A stretch of DNA of 64,000 bases from the human T2T-CHM13v2.0 reference genome, Homo sapiens: NCBI RefSeq assembly GCF_009914755.1, contig NC_060938.1; one strand, given 5' to 3'. Each line of letters starts with the position of its first letter. Within the stretch, counting starts at the first letter, position 1. Positions 13,001 to 26,900 of the stretch are shown here, one piece after another. A program made the translations under genes and the position numbers. Below the pieces are notes generated by a model. It saw only the letters and a list, made by a program, of their open reading frames with translations, had not been told where the DNA came from and searched no databases.

Positions 13001-16000
13001 GGTTATGGGAAGATATTTGCTTTTTCACCGTAGGCCTCAGAGCGCTCCAAATATCCACTTGCACATACTACAAAAAGAGTGCCTCAAAGCTGCTCTCTGA
13101 AACGGAATGTTCAACTCTATGAGTTGAATGCAAACATCGCAAAGACGTTTCTGAGAATGCTTCTGTCTAGATTTGATATGAAGATATTCCCGTTTCCAAC
13201 GAAATCTTCAAATCTATCCAAATGTCCACTTGCAGATTCAACAAAAAGTGTTTTTCAGAACTGCTCTATCAAAAGAAAGATCCACCTCTGTTAGCTGAGT
13301 TCACACATCACAAACAAGTTTATGAGAATGCTTCTGTCTAGTTTTTATTTGAAGATATTTCCTTTCTCACCATAGACCTGAAAGCTGTCCTAATGTTCAC
13401 TTCCAGTTACTACAGAAAGAGTGTTTCAAAACTGCTGTACGAAAGGGAATGTTCAACTCTGTGACTTGAATGCACACATCACAAAGAAGTTTCTGAGGAT
13501 GCTGCTGTCTACTTTTTATACTTAATCCCGTTTCCAACGAAATCCTCCAAGCTATCCAAATATCCACTTGCAGATTCCACAGAAAGACTGTTTCAAAACT
13601 GCTCTGTCAATAGAAAGGTTCAACTCTGTTAGCTGCGTGCATATATCCCAAAGAAGATTCTGAGATTGCTTCTGTCTAGTTTTTATGGGAAGATATTTCC
13701 CTTTTCACCGTAGGTGTCAAGGCGCTCCAAATGTCCACTTCCAGATACTACAAAAAGAGTGTTTCAAACCTACTCTGTGAAAGGGAATATTCAACTCTGT
13801 GACTAGAATGCACATATTACAAAGAAGTTTCTGAGAATGCTTCTGTCGAGATTTTATATGAAGATATTCCCGTTTCCAACGAAATCCTGAAATGTATCCA
13901 AATATCCCCTCGCAGATTCTACAAAAAGAGTGTTTCAAAACTGCTCTGTAAAAAGAAAGGTTCAACTCTGTTAGTTGAGTACACACATCACAAACAAGTT
14001 TCACACAATGCTTCTTTCTAGCTTGCAGGGGAAGATATTCCCTTTATCACCATGGGCCTCAAACCGTCTGAAACGTCCACTTCCATATACTACAAAAAGA
14101 GCATTTCAAACCTGCTCTATGAAAGGCAATGTTCAACTCTGTGACTTGAATGCAGACATCACAGAGCAGTTTCTGAGAATGCTTCTGTCTAGATTTTATA
14201 GGAAGATATTCCCGTTTCCAACGAAATCTTCACAGCTATCCAAATATCCACTTGCAGATTCTACAAAAAGAGTGTATCAAAACTGCTCTGTCAAAAGGAA
14301 GGTTCTTCTCTGTTAGGTGAGTGCATACGTCATAAAGGAGTTTCTGAGAATGTTTCTGTCTAGTGGTTATGGGAAGATATTTGCTTCTTCACCGTAGGCC
14401 TCAGAGCGCTCCAAATATCCACTTGCACATACTACAAAAAGAGTGCTTCAAAGCTGCTCTCTGAAACGGAATGTTCAACTCTATGAGTTGAATGCAAACA
14501 TCACAAAGACGTTTCTGAGAATGCTTCTGTCTAGATTTGATATGAAGATATTCCCGTTTCCAAAGAAATCTTCAAATCTATCCAAATGTCCACTTGCAGA
14601 TTCAACAAAAAGTGTTTTTCAGAACTGCTCTATCAAAAGAAAGATCCACCTCTGTTAGCTGAGTTCACACATCACAAACAAGTTTATGAGAATGCTTCTG
14701 TCTAGTTTTTATTTGAAGATATTTCCTTTCTCACCATAGACCTGAAAGCTGTCCTAATGTTCACTTCCAGTTACTACAGAAAGAGTGTTTCAAAACTGCT
14801 GTACGAAAGGGAATGTTCAACTCTGTGACTTGAATGCACACATCACAAAGAAGATTCTGAGGATGCTGCTGTCTACTTTTTATACTTAATCCCGTTTCCA
14901 ACGAAATCCTCCAAGCTATCCAAATATCCACTTGCAGATTCCACAGAAAGACTGTTTCAAAACTGCTCTGTCAATGGAAAGGTTCAACTCTGTTAGCTGC
15001 GTGCATATATCCCAAAGAAGATTCTGAGATTGCTTCTGTCTAGTTTTTATTGGAAGATATTTCCCTTTTCACCGTAGGTGTCAAGGCGCTCCAAATGTCC
15101 ACTTCCAGATACTACAAAAAGAGTGTTTCAAACCTACTCTGTGAAAGGGAATATTCAACTCTGTGACTTGAATGCACATATCACAAAGAAGTTTCTGAGA
15201 ATGCTTCTGTCGAGATTTTATATGAAGATATTCCCGTTTCCAACGAAATGCTGAAATCTATCCAAATATCCCCTCGCAGATTCTACAAAAAGAGTGTTTC
15301 AAAACTGCTCTGTAAAAAGAAAGGTTCAACTCTGTTAGTTGAGTACACACATCACAAACAAGTTTCACACAATGCTTCTTTCTAGCTTGTAGGGGAAGAT
15401 ATTCCCTTTATCACCATGGGCCTCAAACCGTCTGAAACGTCCACTTCCATATACTACAAAAAGAGCATTTCAAACCTGCTCTATGAAAGGCAATGTTCAA
15501 CTCTGTGACTTGAATGCAGACATCACAGAGCAGTTTCTGAGAATGCTTCTGTCTAGATTTTATAGGAAGATATTCCCGTTTCCAACGAAATCTTCACAGC
15601 TATCCAAATATCCACTTGCAGATTCTACAAAAAGAGTGTATCAAAACTGCTCTGTCAAAAGGAAGGTTCTTTTCTGTTAGGTGAGTGCATACGTCATAAA
15701 GGAGTTTCTGAGAATGTTTCTGTCTAGTGGTTATGGGAAGATATTTGCTTTTTCACCGTAGGCCTCAGAGCGCTCCAAATATCCACTTGCACATACTACA
15801 AAAAGAGGGCCTCAAAGCTGCTCTCTGAAACGGAATGTTCAACTCTATGAGTTGAATGCAAACATCGCAAAGACGTTTCTGAGAATGCTTCTGTCTAGAT
15901 TTGATATGACGATATTCCCGTTTCCAACGAAATCTTCAAATCTATCCAAATGTCCACTTGCAGATTCAACAAAAAGTGTTTTTCAGAACTGCTCTGTCAA

Positions 16001-19000
16001 AAGAAAGATCCACCTCTGTTAGCTGAGTTCACACATCACAAACAAGTTTATGAGAATGCTTCTGTCTAGTTTTTATTTGAAGATATTTCCTTTCTCACCA
16101 TAGAGCTGAAAGCTGTCCTAATGTTCACTTCCAGATACTTCAGAAAGAGTGTTTCAAAACTGCTGTACGAAAGGGAATGTTCAACTCTGTGACTTGAATG
16201 CACACATCACAAAGAAGTTTCTGAGGATGCTGCTGTCTACTTTTTATACGTAATCCCGTTTCCAACGAAATCCTCCAAGCTATCCAAATATCCACTTGCA
16301 GATTCCACAGAAAGACTGTTTCAAAACTGCTCTGTCAATAGAAAGGTTCAACTCTGTTAGCTGCGTGCATATATCCCAAAGAAGATTCTGAGATTGCTTC
16401 TGTCTAGTTTTTATGGGAAGATATTTCCCTTTTCACCGTAGGTGTCAAGGCGCTCCAAATGTCCACTTCCAGATACTACAAAAAGAGTGTTTCAAACCTA
16501 CTCTGTGAAAGGGAATATTCAACTCTGTGACTTGAATGCACATATCACAAAGAAGTTTCTGAGAATGCTTCTGTCGAGATTTTATATGAAGATATTCCCG
16601 TTTCCAACGAAATCCTGAAATCTATCCAAATATCCCCTCGCAGATTCTACAAAAAGAGTGTTTCAAAACTGCTCTGTGAAAAGAAAGGTTCAACTCTGTT
16701 AGTTGAGTACACACATCACAAACAAGTTTCACAGAATGCTTCTTTCTAGCTTGTAGGGGAAGATATTCCCTTTATCACCATGGGCCTCCAACCGTCCGAA
16801 ACATCCACTTCCATATACTACAAAAAGAGGGTTTCAAACCTGCTCTATGAAAGGCAATGTTCAACTCTGTGACTTGAATGCAGACATCACAGAGCAGTTT
16901 CTGAGAATGCTTCTGTCTAGATTTTATAGGAAGATATTCCCGTTTCCAACGAAATCTTCACAGCTATCCAAATATCCACTTGCAGATTCTACAAAAAGAG
17001 TGTATCAAAACTGCTCTGTCAAAAGGAAGGTTCTTCTCTGTTAGGTGAGTGCATATGTCATAAAGGAGTTTCTGAGAATGTTTCTGTCTAGTGGTTATGG
17101 GAAGATATTTGCTTTTTCCCCGTAGGCCTCAGGGCGCTCCAAATGTCCACTTGCACATGCTACAAAAAGAGTGCTTCAAAGCTGCTCTCTCAAAGGGAAT
17201 GTTCAACTCTATGAGTTGAATGCAAACATCGCAAAGACGTTTCTGAGAATGCTTCTGTCTAGATTTGATATGAAGATATTCCCGTTTCCAACGAAATCTT
17301 CAAATCTATCCAAATGTCCACTTGCATATTCAACAAAAAGTGTTTTTCTGAACTGCTCTATCAAAAGAAAGATCCACCTCTGTTAGCTGAGTTCAGACAT
17401 CACAAACAAGTTTATGAGAATGCTTCTGTCTAGTTTTTATTTGAAGATATTTCCTTTCTCACCATAGACCTGAAAGCTGTCCTAATGTTCACTTCCAGTT
17501 ACTACAGAAAGAGTGTTTCAAAACTGCTGTACGAAAGGGAATGTTCAACTCTGTGACTTGAATGCACACATCACAAAGAAGTTTCTGAGGATGCTGCTGT
17601 CTACTTTTTATACTTAATCCCGTTTCCAAGGAAATCCTCCAAGCTATCCAAATATCCACTTGCAGATTCCACAGAAAGACTGTTTCAAAACTGCTCTGTC
17701 AATAGAAAGGTTCAACTCTGTTAGCTGCGTGCATATATCCCAAAGAAGATTCTGAGATTGCTTCTGTCTAGTTTTAATGGGAAGATATTTCCCTTTTCAC
17801 CGTAGGCGTCAAGGCGCTCCAAATGTCCACTTCCAGATACTACAAAAAGAGTGTTTCAAACCTACTCTGTGAAAGGGAATATTCAACTCTGTGACTTGAA
17901 TGCACATATCACAAGGAAGTTTCTGAGAATGCTTCTGTCGAGATTTTATATGAAGATATTCCCGTTTCCAACGAAATCCTGAAATCTATCCAAATATCCC
18001 CTCGCAGATTCTACAAAAAGAGTGTTTCAAAACTGCTCTGTAAAAAGAAAGGTTCAACTCTGTTAGTTGAGTACACACATCACAAACAAGTTTCACAGAA
18101 TGCTTCTTTCTAGCTTGTAGGGGAAGATATTCCCTTTATCACCATGGGCCTCAAACCGTCCGAAAAGTCCACTTCCATATACTACAAAAAGAGCGTTTCA
18201 AACCTGCTCTATGAAAGGCAATGTTCAACTCTGTGACTTGAATGCAGACATCACAGAGCAGTTTCTGAGAATGCTTCTGTCTAGATTTTATAGGAAGATA
18301 TTCCCGTTTCCAACGAAATCTTCACAGCTATCCAAATATCCACTTGCAGATTCTACAAAAAGAGTGTATCGAAACTGCTCTGTCAAAAGGAAGGTTCTTT
18401 TCTGTTAGGTGAGTGCATACGTCATAAAGGAGTTTCTGAGAATGTTTCTGTCTAGTGGTTATGGGAAGATATTTGCTTTTTCACAGTAGGCCTCAGAGCG
18501 CTCCAAATATCCACTTGCACATACTACAAAAAGAGTGCCTCAAAGCTGCTCTCTGAAACGGAATGTTCAACTCTATGAGTTGAATGCAAACATCGCAAAG
18601 ACGTTTCTGAGAATGCTTCTGTCTAGATTTGATATGAAGATATTCCCGTTTCCAACGAAATCTTCAAATCTATCCAAATGTCCACTTGCAGATTCAACAA
18701 AAAGTGTTTTTCAGAACTGCTCTATCAAAAGAAAGATCCACCTCTGTTAGCTGAGTTCACACATCACAAACAAGTTTATGAGAATGCTTCTGTCTAGTTT
18801 TTATTTGAAGATATTTCCTTTCTCACCATAGAGCTGAAAGCTGTCCTAATGTTCACTTCCAGATACTACAGAAAGAGTGTTTCAAAACTGCTGTACGAAA
18901 GGGAATGTTCAACTCTGTGACTTGAATGCACACATCACAAAGAAGTTTCTGAGGATGCTGCTGTCTACTTTTTATACGTAATTCCGTTTCCAACGAAATC

Positions 19001-20296
19001 CTCCAAGCTATCCAAATATCCACTTGCAGATTCCACAGAAAGACTGTTTCAAAACTGCTCTGTCAATAGAAAGGTTCAACTCTGTTAGCTGCGTGCATAT
19101 ATCCCAAAGAAGATTCTGAGATTGCTTCTGTCTAGTTTTTATGGGAAGATATTTCCCTTTTCACCGTAGGCGTCAAGGCGCTCCAAATGTCCACTTCCAG
19201 ATACTACAAAAAGAGTGTTTCAAACCTACTCTGTGAAAGGGAATATTCAACTCTGTGACTTGAATGCACATATCACAAGGAAGTTTCTGAGAATGCTTCT
19301 GTCGAGATTTTATATGAAGATATTCCCGTTTCCAACGAAATCCTGAAATCTATCCAAATATCCCCTTGCAGATTCTACAAAAAGAGTGTTTCAAAACTGC
19401 TCTGTAAAAAGAAAGGTTCAACTCTGTTAGTTGAGTACACACATCACAAACAAGTTTCACACAATGCTTCTTTCTAGCTTGTAGGGGAAGATATTCCCTT
19501 TATCACCATGGGCCTCAAACCGTCCGATAAGTCCACTTCCATATACTACAAAAAGAGCGTTTCAAACCTGCTCTATGAAAGGCAATGTTCAACTCTGTGA
19601 CTTGAATGCAGACATCACAGAGCAGTTTCTGAGAATGCTTCTGTCTAGATTTTATAGGAAGATATTCCCGTTTCCAACGAAATCTTCACAGCTATCCAAA
19701 TATCCACTTGCAGATTCTACAAAAAGAGTGTATCAAAACTGCTCTGTCAAAAGGAAGGTTCTTTTCTGTTAGGTGAGTGCATACGTCATAAAGGAGTTTC
19801 TGAGAATGTTTCTGTCTAGTGGTTATGGGAAGATATTTGCTTTTTCACCGTAGGCCTCAGAGCGCTCCAAATATCCACTTGCACATACTACAAAAAGAGT
19901 GCCTCAAAGCTGCTCTCTGAAACGGAATGTTCAACTCTATGAGTTGAATGCAAACATCGCAAAGACGTTTCTGAGAATGCTTCTGTCTAGATTTGATATG
20001 AAGATATTCCCGTTTCCAACGAAATCTTCAAATCTATCCAAATGTCCACTTGCAGATTCAACAAAAAGTGTTTTTCAGAACTGCTCTATCAAAAGAAAGA
20101 TCCACCTCTGTTAGCTGAGTTCACACATCACAAACAAGTTTATGAGAATGCTTCTGTCTAGTTTTTATTTGAAGATATTTCCTTTCTCACCATAGAGCTG
20201 AAAGCTGTCCTAATGTTCACTTCCAGATACTACAGAAAGAGTGTTTCAAAACTGCTGTACGAAAGGGAATGTTCAACTCTGTGACTTGAATGCACA

Positions 20297-20972
20297 CATC
20301 ACAAAGAAGTTTCTGAGGATGCTGCCGTCTACTTTTTATACGTAATCCCGTTTCCAACGAAATCCTCCAAGCTATCCAAATATCCACTTGCAGATTCCAC
20401 AGAAAGACTGTTTCAAAACTGCTCTGTCAATAGAAAGGTTCAACTCTGTTAGCTGCGTGCATATATCCCAAAGAAGATTCTGAGATTGCTTCTGTCTAGT
20501 TTTTATGGGAAGATATTTCCCTTTTCACCGTAGGTGTCAAGGCGCTCCAAATGTCCACTTCCAGATACTACAAAAAGAGTGTTTCAAACCTACTCTGTGA
20601 AAGGGAATATTCAACTCTGTGACTTGAATTCACACATCACGAAGAAGTTTCTGAGGATGCTGCTGTCTACTTTTTATACGTAATCCCGTTTCCAACGAAA
20701 TCCTCCAAGCTATCCAAATATCCACTTGCAGATTCCACAGAAAGACTGTTTCAAAACTGCTCTGTCAATAGAAAGGTTCAACTCTGTTAGCTGCGTGCAT
20801 ATATCCCAAAGAAGATTCTGAGATTGCTTCTGTCTAGTTTTTATGGGAAGATATTTCCCTTTTCACCGTAGGCGTCAAGGCGCTCCAAATGTCCACTTCC
20901 AGATACTACAAAAAGAGTGTTTCAAACCTACTCTGTGAAAGGGAATATTCAACTCTGTGACTTGAATGCACA
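20297..20972 (-). repeat. Tandem 2 x 338-bp dimer giving a 10-mer HOR variant (unit 19575-21276, 1702 bp), copy 1
   Basis: The segment catcacaaagaagtttctgaggatgctg...gggaatattcaactctgtgacttgaatgcaca occurs twice in a row. Landmark interval 19575->21277 = 1702 = 1364+338. Confidence 0.95.
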
Positions 20973-23900
20973 TATCACAAGGAAGTTTCTGAGAATGCTT
21001 CTGTCGAGATTTTATATGAAGATATTCCCGTTTCCAACGAAATCCTGAAATCTATCCAAATATCCCCTTGCAGATTCTACAAAAAGAGTGTTTCAAAACT
21101 GCTCTGTAAAAAGAAAGGTTCAACTCTGTTAGTTGAGTACACACATCACAAACAAGTTTCACACAATGCTTCTTTCTAGCTTGTAGGGGAAGATATTCCC
21201 TTTATCACCATGGGCCTCAAACCGTCCGAAAAGTCCACTTCCATATACTACAAAAAGAGCGTTTCAAACCTGCTCTATGAAAGGCAATGTTCAACTCTGT
21301 GACTTGAATGCAGACATCACAGAGCAGTTTCTGAGAATGCTTCTGTCTAGATTTTATAGGAAGATATTCCCGTTTCCAACGAAATCTTCACAGCTATCCA
21401 AATATCCACTTGCAGATTCTACAAAAAGAGTGTATCAAAACTGCTCTGTCAAAAGGAAGGTTCTTTTCTGTTAGGTGAGTGCATACGTCATAAAGGAGTT
21501 TCTGAGAATGTTTCTGTCTAGTGGTTATGGGAAGATATTTGCTTTTTCACCGTAGGCCTCAGAGCGCTCCAAATATCCACTTGCACATACTACAAAAAGA
21601 GTGCCTCAAAGCTGCTCTCTGAAACGGAATGTTCAACTCTATGAGTTGAATGCAAACATCGCAAAGACGTTTCTGAGAATGCTTCTGTCTAGATTTGATA
21701 TGAAGATATTCCCGTTTCCAACGAAATCTTCAAATCTATCCAAATGTCCACTTGCAGATTCAACAAAAAGTGTTTTTCAGAACTGCTCTATCAAAAGAAA
21801 GATCCACCTCTGTTAGCTGAGTTCACACATCACAAACAAGTTTATGAGAATGCTTCTGTCTAGTTTTTATTTGAAGATATTTCCTTTCTCACCATAGAGC
21901 TGAAAGCTGTCCTAATGTTCACTTCCAGATACTACAGAAAGAGTGTTTCAAAACTGCTGTACGAAAGGGAATGTTCAACTATGTGACTTGAATGCACACA
22001 TCACAAAGAAGTTTCTGAGGATGCTGCTGTCTACTTTTTATACGTAATCCCGTTTCCAACGAAATCCTCCAAGCTATCCAAATATCCACTTGCAGATTCC
22101 ACAGAAAGACTGTTTCAAAACTGCTCTGTCAATAGAAAGGTTCAACTCTGTTAGCTGCGTGCATATATCCCAAAGAAGATTCTGATATTGCTTCTGTCTA
22201 GTTTTTATGGGAAGATATTTCCCTTTTCACCGTAGGTGTCAAGGCGCTCCAAATGTCCACTTCCAGATACTACAAAAAGAGTGTTTCAAACCTACTCTGT
22301 GAAAGGGAATATTCAACTCTGTGACTTGAATGCACATATCACAAAGAAGTTTCTGAGAATGCTTCTGTCGAGATTTTATATGAAGATATTCCCGTTTCCA
22401 ACGAAATGCTGAAATCTATCCAAATATCCCCTCGCAGATTCTACAAAAAGAGAGTTTCAAAACTGCTCTGTGAAAAGAAAGGTTCAACTCTGTTAGTTGA
22501 GTACACACATCACAAACAAGTTTCACAGAATGCTTCTTTCTAGCTTGTAGGGGAAGATATTCCCTTTATCACCATGGACCTCCAACCGTCCGAAACATCC
22601 ACTTCCATATACTACAAAAAGAGCGTTTCAAACCTGCTCTATGAAAGGCAATGTTCAACTCTGTGACTTGAATGCAGACATCACAGAGCAGTTTCTGAGA
22701 ATGCTTCTGTCTAGATTTTATAGGAAGATATTCCCGTTTCCAACGAAATCTTCACAGCTATCCAAATATCCACTTGCAGATTCTACAAAAAGAGTGTATC
22801 AAAACTGCTCTGTCAAAAGGAAGGTTCTTCTCTGTTAGGTGAGTGCATACGTCATAAAGGAGTTTCTGAGAATGTTTCTGTCTAGTGGTTATGGGAAGAT
22901 ATTTGCTTTTTCACCGTAGGCCTCAGAGCGCTCCAAATATCCACTTGCACATACTACAAAAAGAGTGCTTCAAAGCTGCTCTCTGAAACGGAATGTTCAA
23001 CTCTATGAGTTGAATGCAAACATCACAAAGACGTTTCTGAGAATGCTTCTGTCTAGATTTGATATGAAGATATTCCCGTTTCCAACGAAATCTTCAAATC
23101 TATCCAAATGTCCACTTGCAGATTCAACAAAAAGTGTTTTTCAGAACTGCTCTATCAAAAGAAAGATCCACCTCTGTTAGCTGAGTTCACACATCACAAA
23201 CAAGTTTATGAGAATGCTTCTGTCTAGTTTTTATTTGAAGATATTTCCTTTCTCACCATAGAGCTGAAAGCTGTCCTAATGTTCACTTCCAGATACTACA
23301 GAAAGAGTGTTTCAAAACTGCTGTACGAAAGGGAATGTTCAACTCTGTGACTTGAATGCACACATCACAAAGAAGTTTCTGAGGATGCTGCTGTCTACTT
23401 TTTATACGTAATCCCGTTTCCAACGAAATCCTCCAAGCTATCCAAATATCCACTTGCAGATTCCACAGAAAGACTGTTTCAAAACTGCTCTGTCAATAGA
23501 AAGGTTCAACTCTGTTAGCTGCATGCATATATCCCAAAGAAGATTCTGAGATTGCTTCTGTCTAGTTTTTATGGGAAGATATTTCCCTTTTCACCGTAGG
23601 CGTCAAGGCGCTCCAAATGTCCACTTCCAGATACTACAAAAAGAGTGTTTCAAACCTACTCTGTGAAAGGGAATATTCAACTCTGTGACTTGAATGCACA
23701 TATCACAAGGAAGTTTCTGAGAATGCTTCTGTCGAGATTTTATATGAAGATATTCCCGTTTCCAACGAAATCCTGAAATCTATCCAAATATCCCCTTGCA
23801 GATTCTACAAAAAGAGTGTTTCAAAACTGCTCTGTAAAAAGAAAGGTTCAACTCTGTTAGTTGAGTACACACATCACAAACAAGTTTCACACAATGCTTC

Positions 23901-26900
23901 TTTCTAGCTTGTAGGGGAAGATATTCCCTTTATCACCATGGGCCTCAAACCGTCCGAAAAGTCCACTTCCATATACTACAAAAAGAGCGTTTCAAACCTG
24001 CTCTATGAAAGGCAATGTTCAACTCTGTGACTTGAATGCAGACATCACAGAGCAGTTTCTGAGAATGCTTCTGTCTAGATTTTATAGGAAGATATTCCCG
24101 TTTCCAACGAAATCTTCACAGCTATCCAAATATCCACTTGCAGATTCTACAAAAAGAGTGTATCAAAACTGCTCTGTCAAAAGGAAGGTTCTTCTCTGTT
24201 AGGTGAGTGCATACGTCATAAAGGAGTTTCTGAGAATGTTTCTGTCTAGTGGTTATGGGAAGATATTTGCTTTTTCACCGTAGGCCTCAGAGCGCTCCAA
24301 ATATCCACTTGCACATACTACAAAAAGAGTGCTTCAAAGCTGCTCTCTGAAACGGAATGTTCAACTCTATGAGTTGAATGCAAACATCACAAAGACGTTT
24401 CTGAGAATGCTTCTGTCTAGATTTGATATGAAGATATTCCCGTTTCCAACGAAATCTTCAAATCTATCCAAATGTCCACTTGCAGATTCAACAAAAAGTG
24501 TTTTTCAGAACTGCTCTATCAAAAGAAAGATCCACCTCTGTTAGCTGAGTTCACACATCACAAACAAGTTTATGAGAATGCTTCTGTCTAGTTTTTATTT
24601 GAAGATATTTCCTTTCTCACCATAGAGCTGAAAGCTGTCCTAATGTTCACTTCCAGATACTACAGAAAGAGTGTTTCAAAACTGCTGTACGAAAGGGAAT
24701 GTTCAACTCTGTGACTTGAATGCACACATCACAAAGAAGTTTCTGAGGATGCTGCTGTCTACTTTTTATACGTAATCCCGTTTCCAACGAAATCCTCCAA
24801 GCTATCCAAATATCCACTTGCAGATTCCACAGAAAGACTGTTTCAAAACTGCTCTGTCAATAGAAAGGTTCAACTCTGTTAGCTGCATGCATATATCCCA
24901 AAGAAGATTCTGAGATTGCTTCTGTCTAGTTTTTATGGGAAGATATTTCCCTTTTCACCGTAGGCGTCAAGGCGCTCCAAATGTCCACTTCCAGATACTA
25001 CAAAAAGAGTGTTTCAAACCTACTCTGTGAAAGGGAATATTCAACTCTGTGACTTGAATGCACATATCACAAGGAAGTTTCTGAGAATGCTTCTGTCGAG
25101 ATTTTATATGAAGATATTCCCGTTTCCAACGAAATCCTGAAATCTATCCAAATATCCCCTTGCAGATTCTACAAAAAGAGTGTTTCAAAACTGCTCTGTA
25201 AAAAGAAAGGTTCAACTCTGTTAGTTGAGTACACACATCACAAACAAGTTTCACACAATGCTTCTTTCTAGCTTGTAGGGGAAGATATTCCCTTTATCAC
25301 CATGGGCCTCAAACCGTCCGATAAGTCCACTTCCATATACTACAAAAAGAGCGTTTCAAACCTGCTCTATGAAAGGCAATGTTCAACTCTGTGACTTGAA
25401 TGCAGACATCACAGAGCAGTTTCTGAGAATGCTTCTGTCTAGATTTTATAGGAAGATATTCCCGTTTCCAACGAAATCTTCACAGCTATCCAAATATCCA
25501 CTTGCAGATTCTACAAAAAGAGTGTATCAAAACTGCTCTGTCAAAAGGAAGGTTCTTTTCTGTTAGGTGAGTGCATACGTCATAAAGGAGTTTCTGAGAA
25601 TGTTTCTGTCTAGTGGTTATGGGAAGATATTTGCTTTTTCACCGTAGGCCTCAGAGCGCTCCAAATATCCACTTGCACATACTACAAAAAGAGTGCCTCA
25701 AAGCTGCTCTCTGAAACGGAATGTTCAACTCTATGAGTTGAATGCAAACATCGCAAAGACGTTTCTGAGAATGCTTCTGTCTAGATTTGATATGAAGATA
25801 TTCCCGTTTCCAACGAAATCTTCAAATCTATCCAAATGTCCACTTGCAGATTCAACAAAAAGTGTTTTTCAGAACTGCTCTATCAAAAGAAAGATCCACC
25901 TCTGTTAGCTGAGTTCACACATCACAAACAAGTTTATGAGAATGCTTCTGTCTAGTTTTTATTTGAAGATATTTCCTTTCTCACCATAGAGCTGAAAGCT
26001 GTCCTAATGTTCACTTCCAGATACTACAGAAAGAGTGTTTCAAAACTGCTGTACGAAAGGGAATGTTCAACTCTGTGACTTGAATGCACACATCACAAAG
26101 AAGTTTCTGAGGATGCTGCTGTCTACTTTTTATACGTAATCCCGTTTCCAACGAAATCCTCCAAGCTATCCAAATATCCACTTGCAGATTCCACAGAAAG
26201 ACTGTTTCAAAACTGCTCTGTCAATAGAAAGGTTCAACTCTGTTAGCTGCATGCATATATCCCAAAGAAGATTCTGAGATTGCTTCTGTCTAGTTTTTAT
26301 GGGAAGATATTTCCCTTTTCACCGTAGGCGTCAAGGCGCTCCAAATGTCCACTTCCAGATACTACAAAAAGAGTGTTTCAAACCTACTCTGTGAAAGGGA
26401 ATATTCAACTCTGTGACTTGAATGCACATATCACAAGGAAGTTTCTGAGAATGCTTCTGTCGAGATTTTATATGAAGATATTCCCGTTTCCAACGAAATC
26501 CTGAAATCTATCCAAATATCCCCTTGCAGATTCTACAAAAAGAGTGTTTCAAAACTGCTCTGTAAAAAGAAAGGTTCAACTCTGTTAGTTGAGTACACAC
26601 ATCACAAACAAGTTTCACACAATGCTTCTTTCTAGCTTGTAGGGGAAGATATTCCCTTTATCACCATGGGCCTCAAACCGTCCGATAAGTCCACTTCCAT
26701 ATACTACAAAAAGAGCGTTTCAAACCTGCTCTATGAAAGGCAATGTTCAACTCTGTGACTTGAATGCAGACATCACAGAGCAGTTTCTGAGAATGCTTCT
26801 GTCTAGATTTTATAGGAAGATATTCCCGTTTCCAACGAAATCTTCACAGCTATCCAAATATCCACTTGCAGATTCTACAAAAAGAGTGTATCAAAACTGC

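Noticed and set aside
13975-14316. Longest ORF, 113 aa
   Set aside because: It is the 65-aa ORF extended by a private tag>cag change at ~14026; a chance event.
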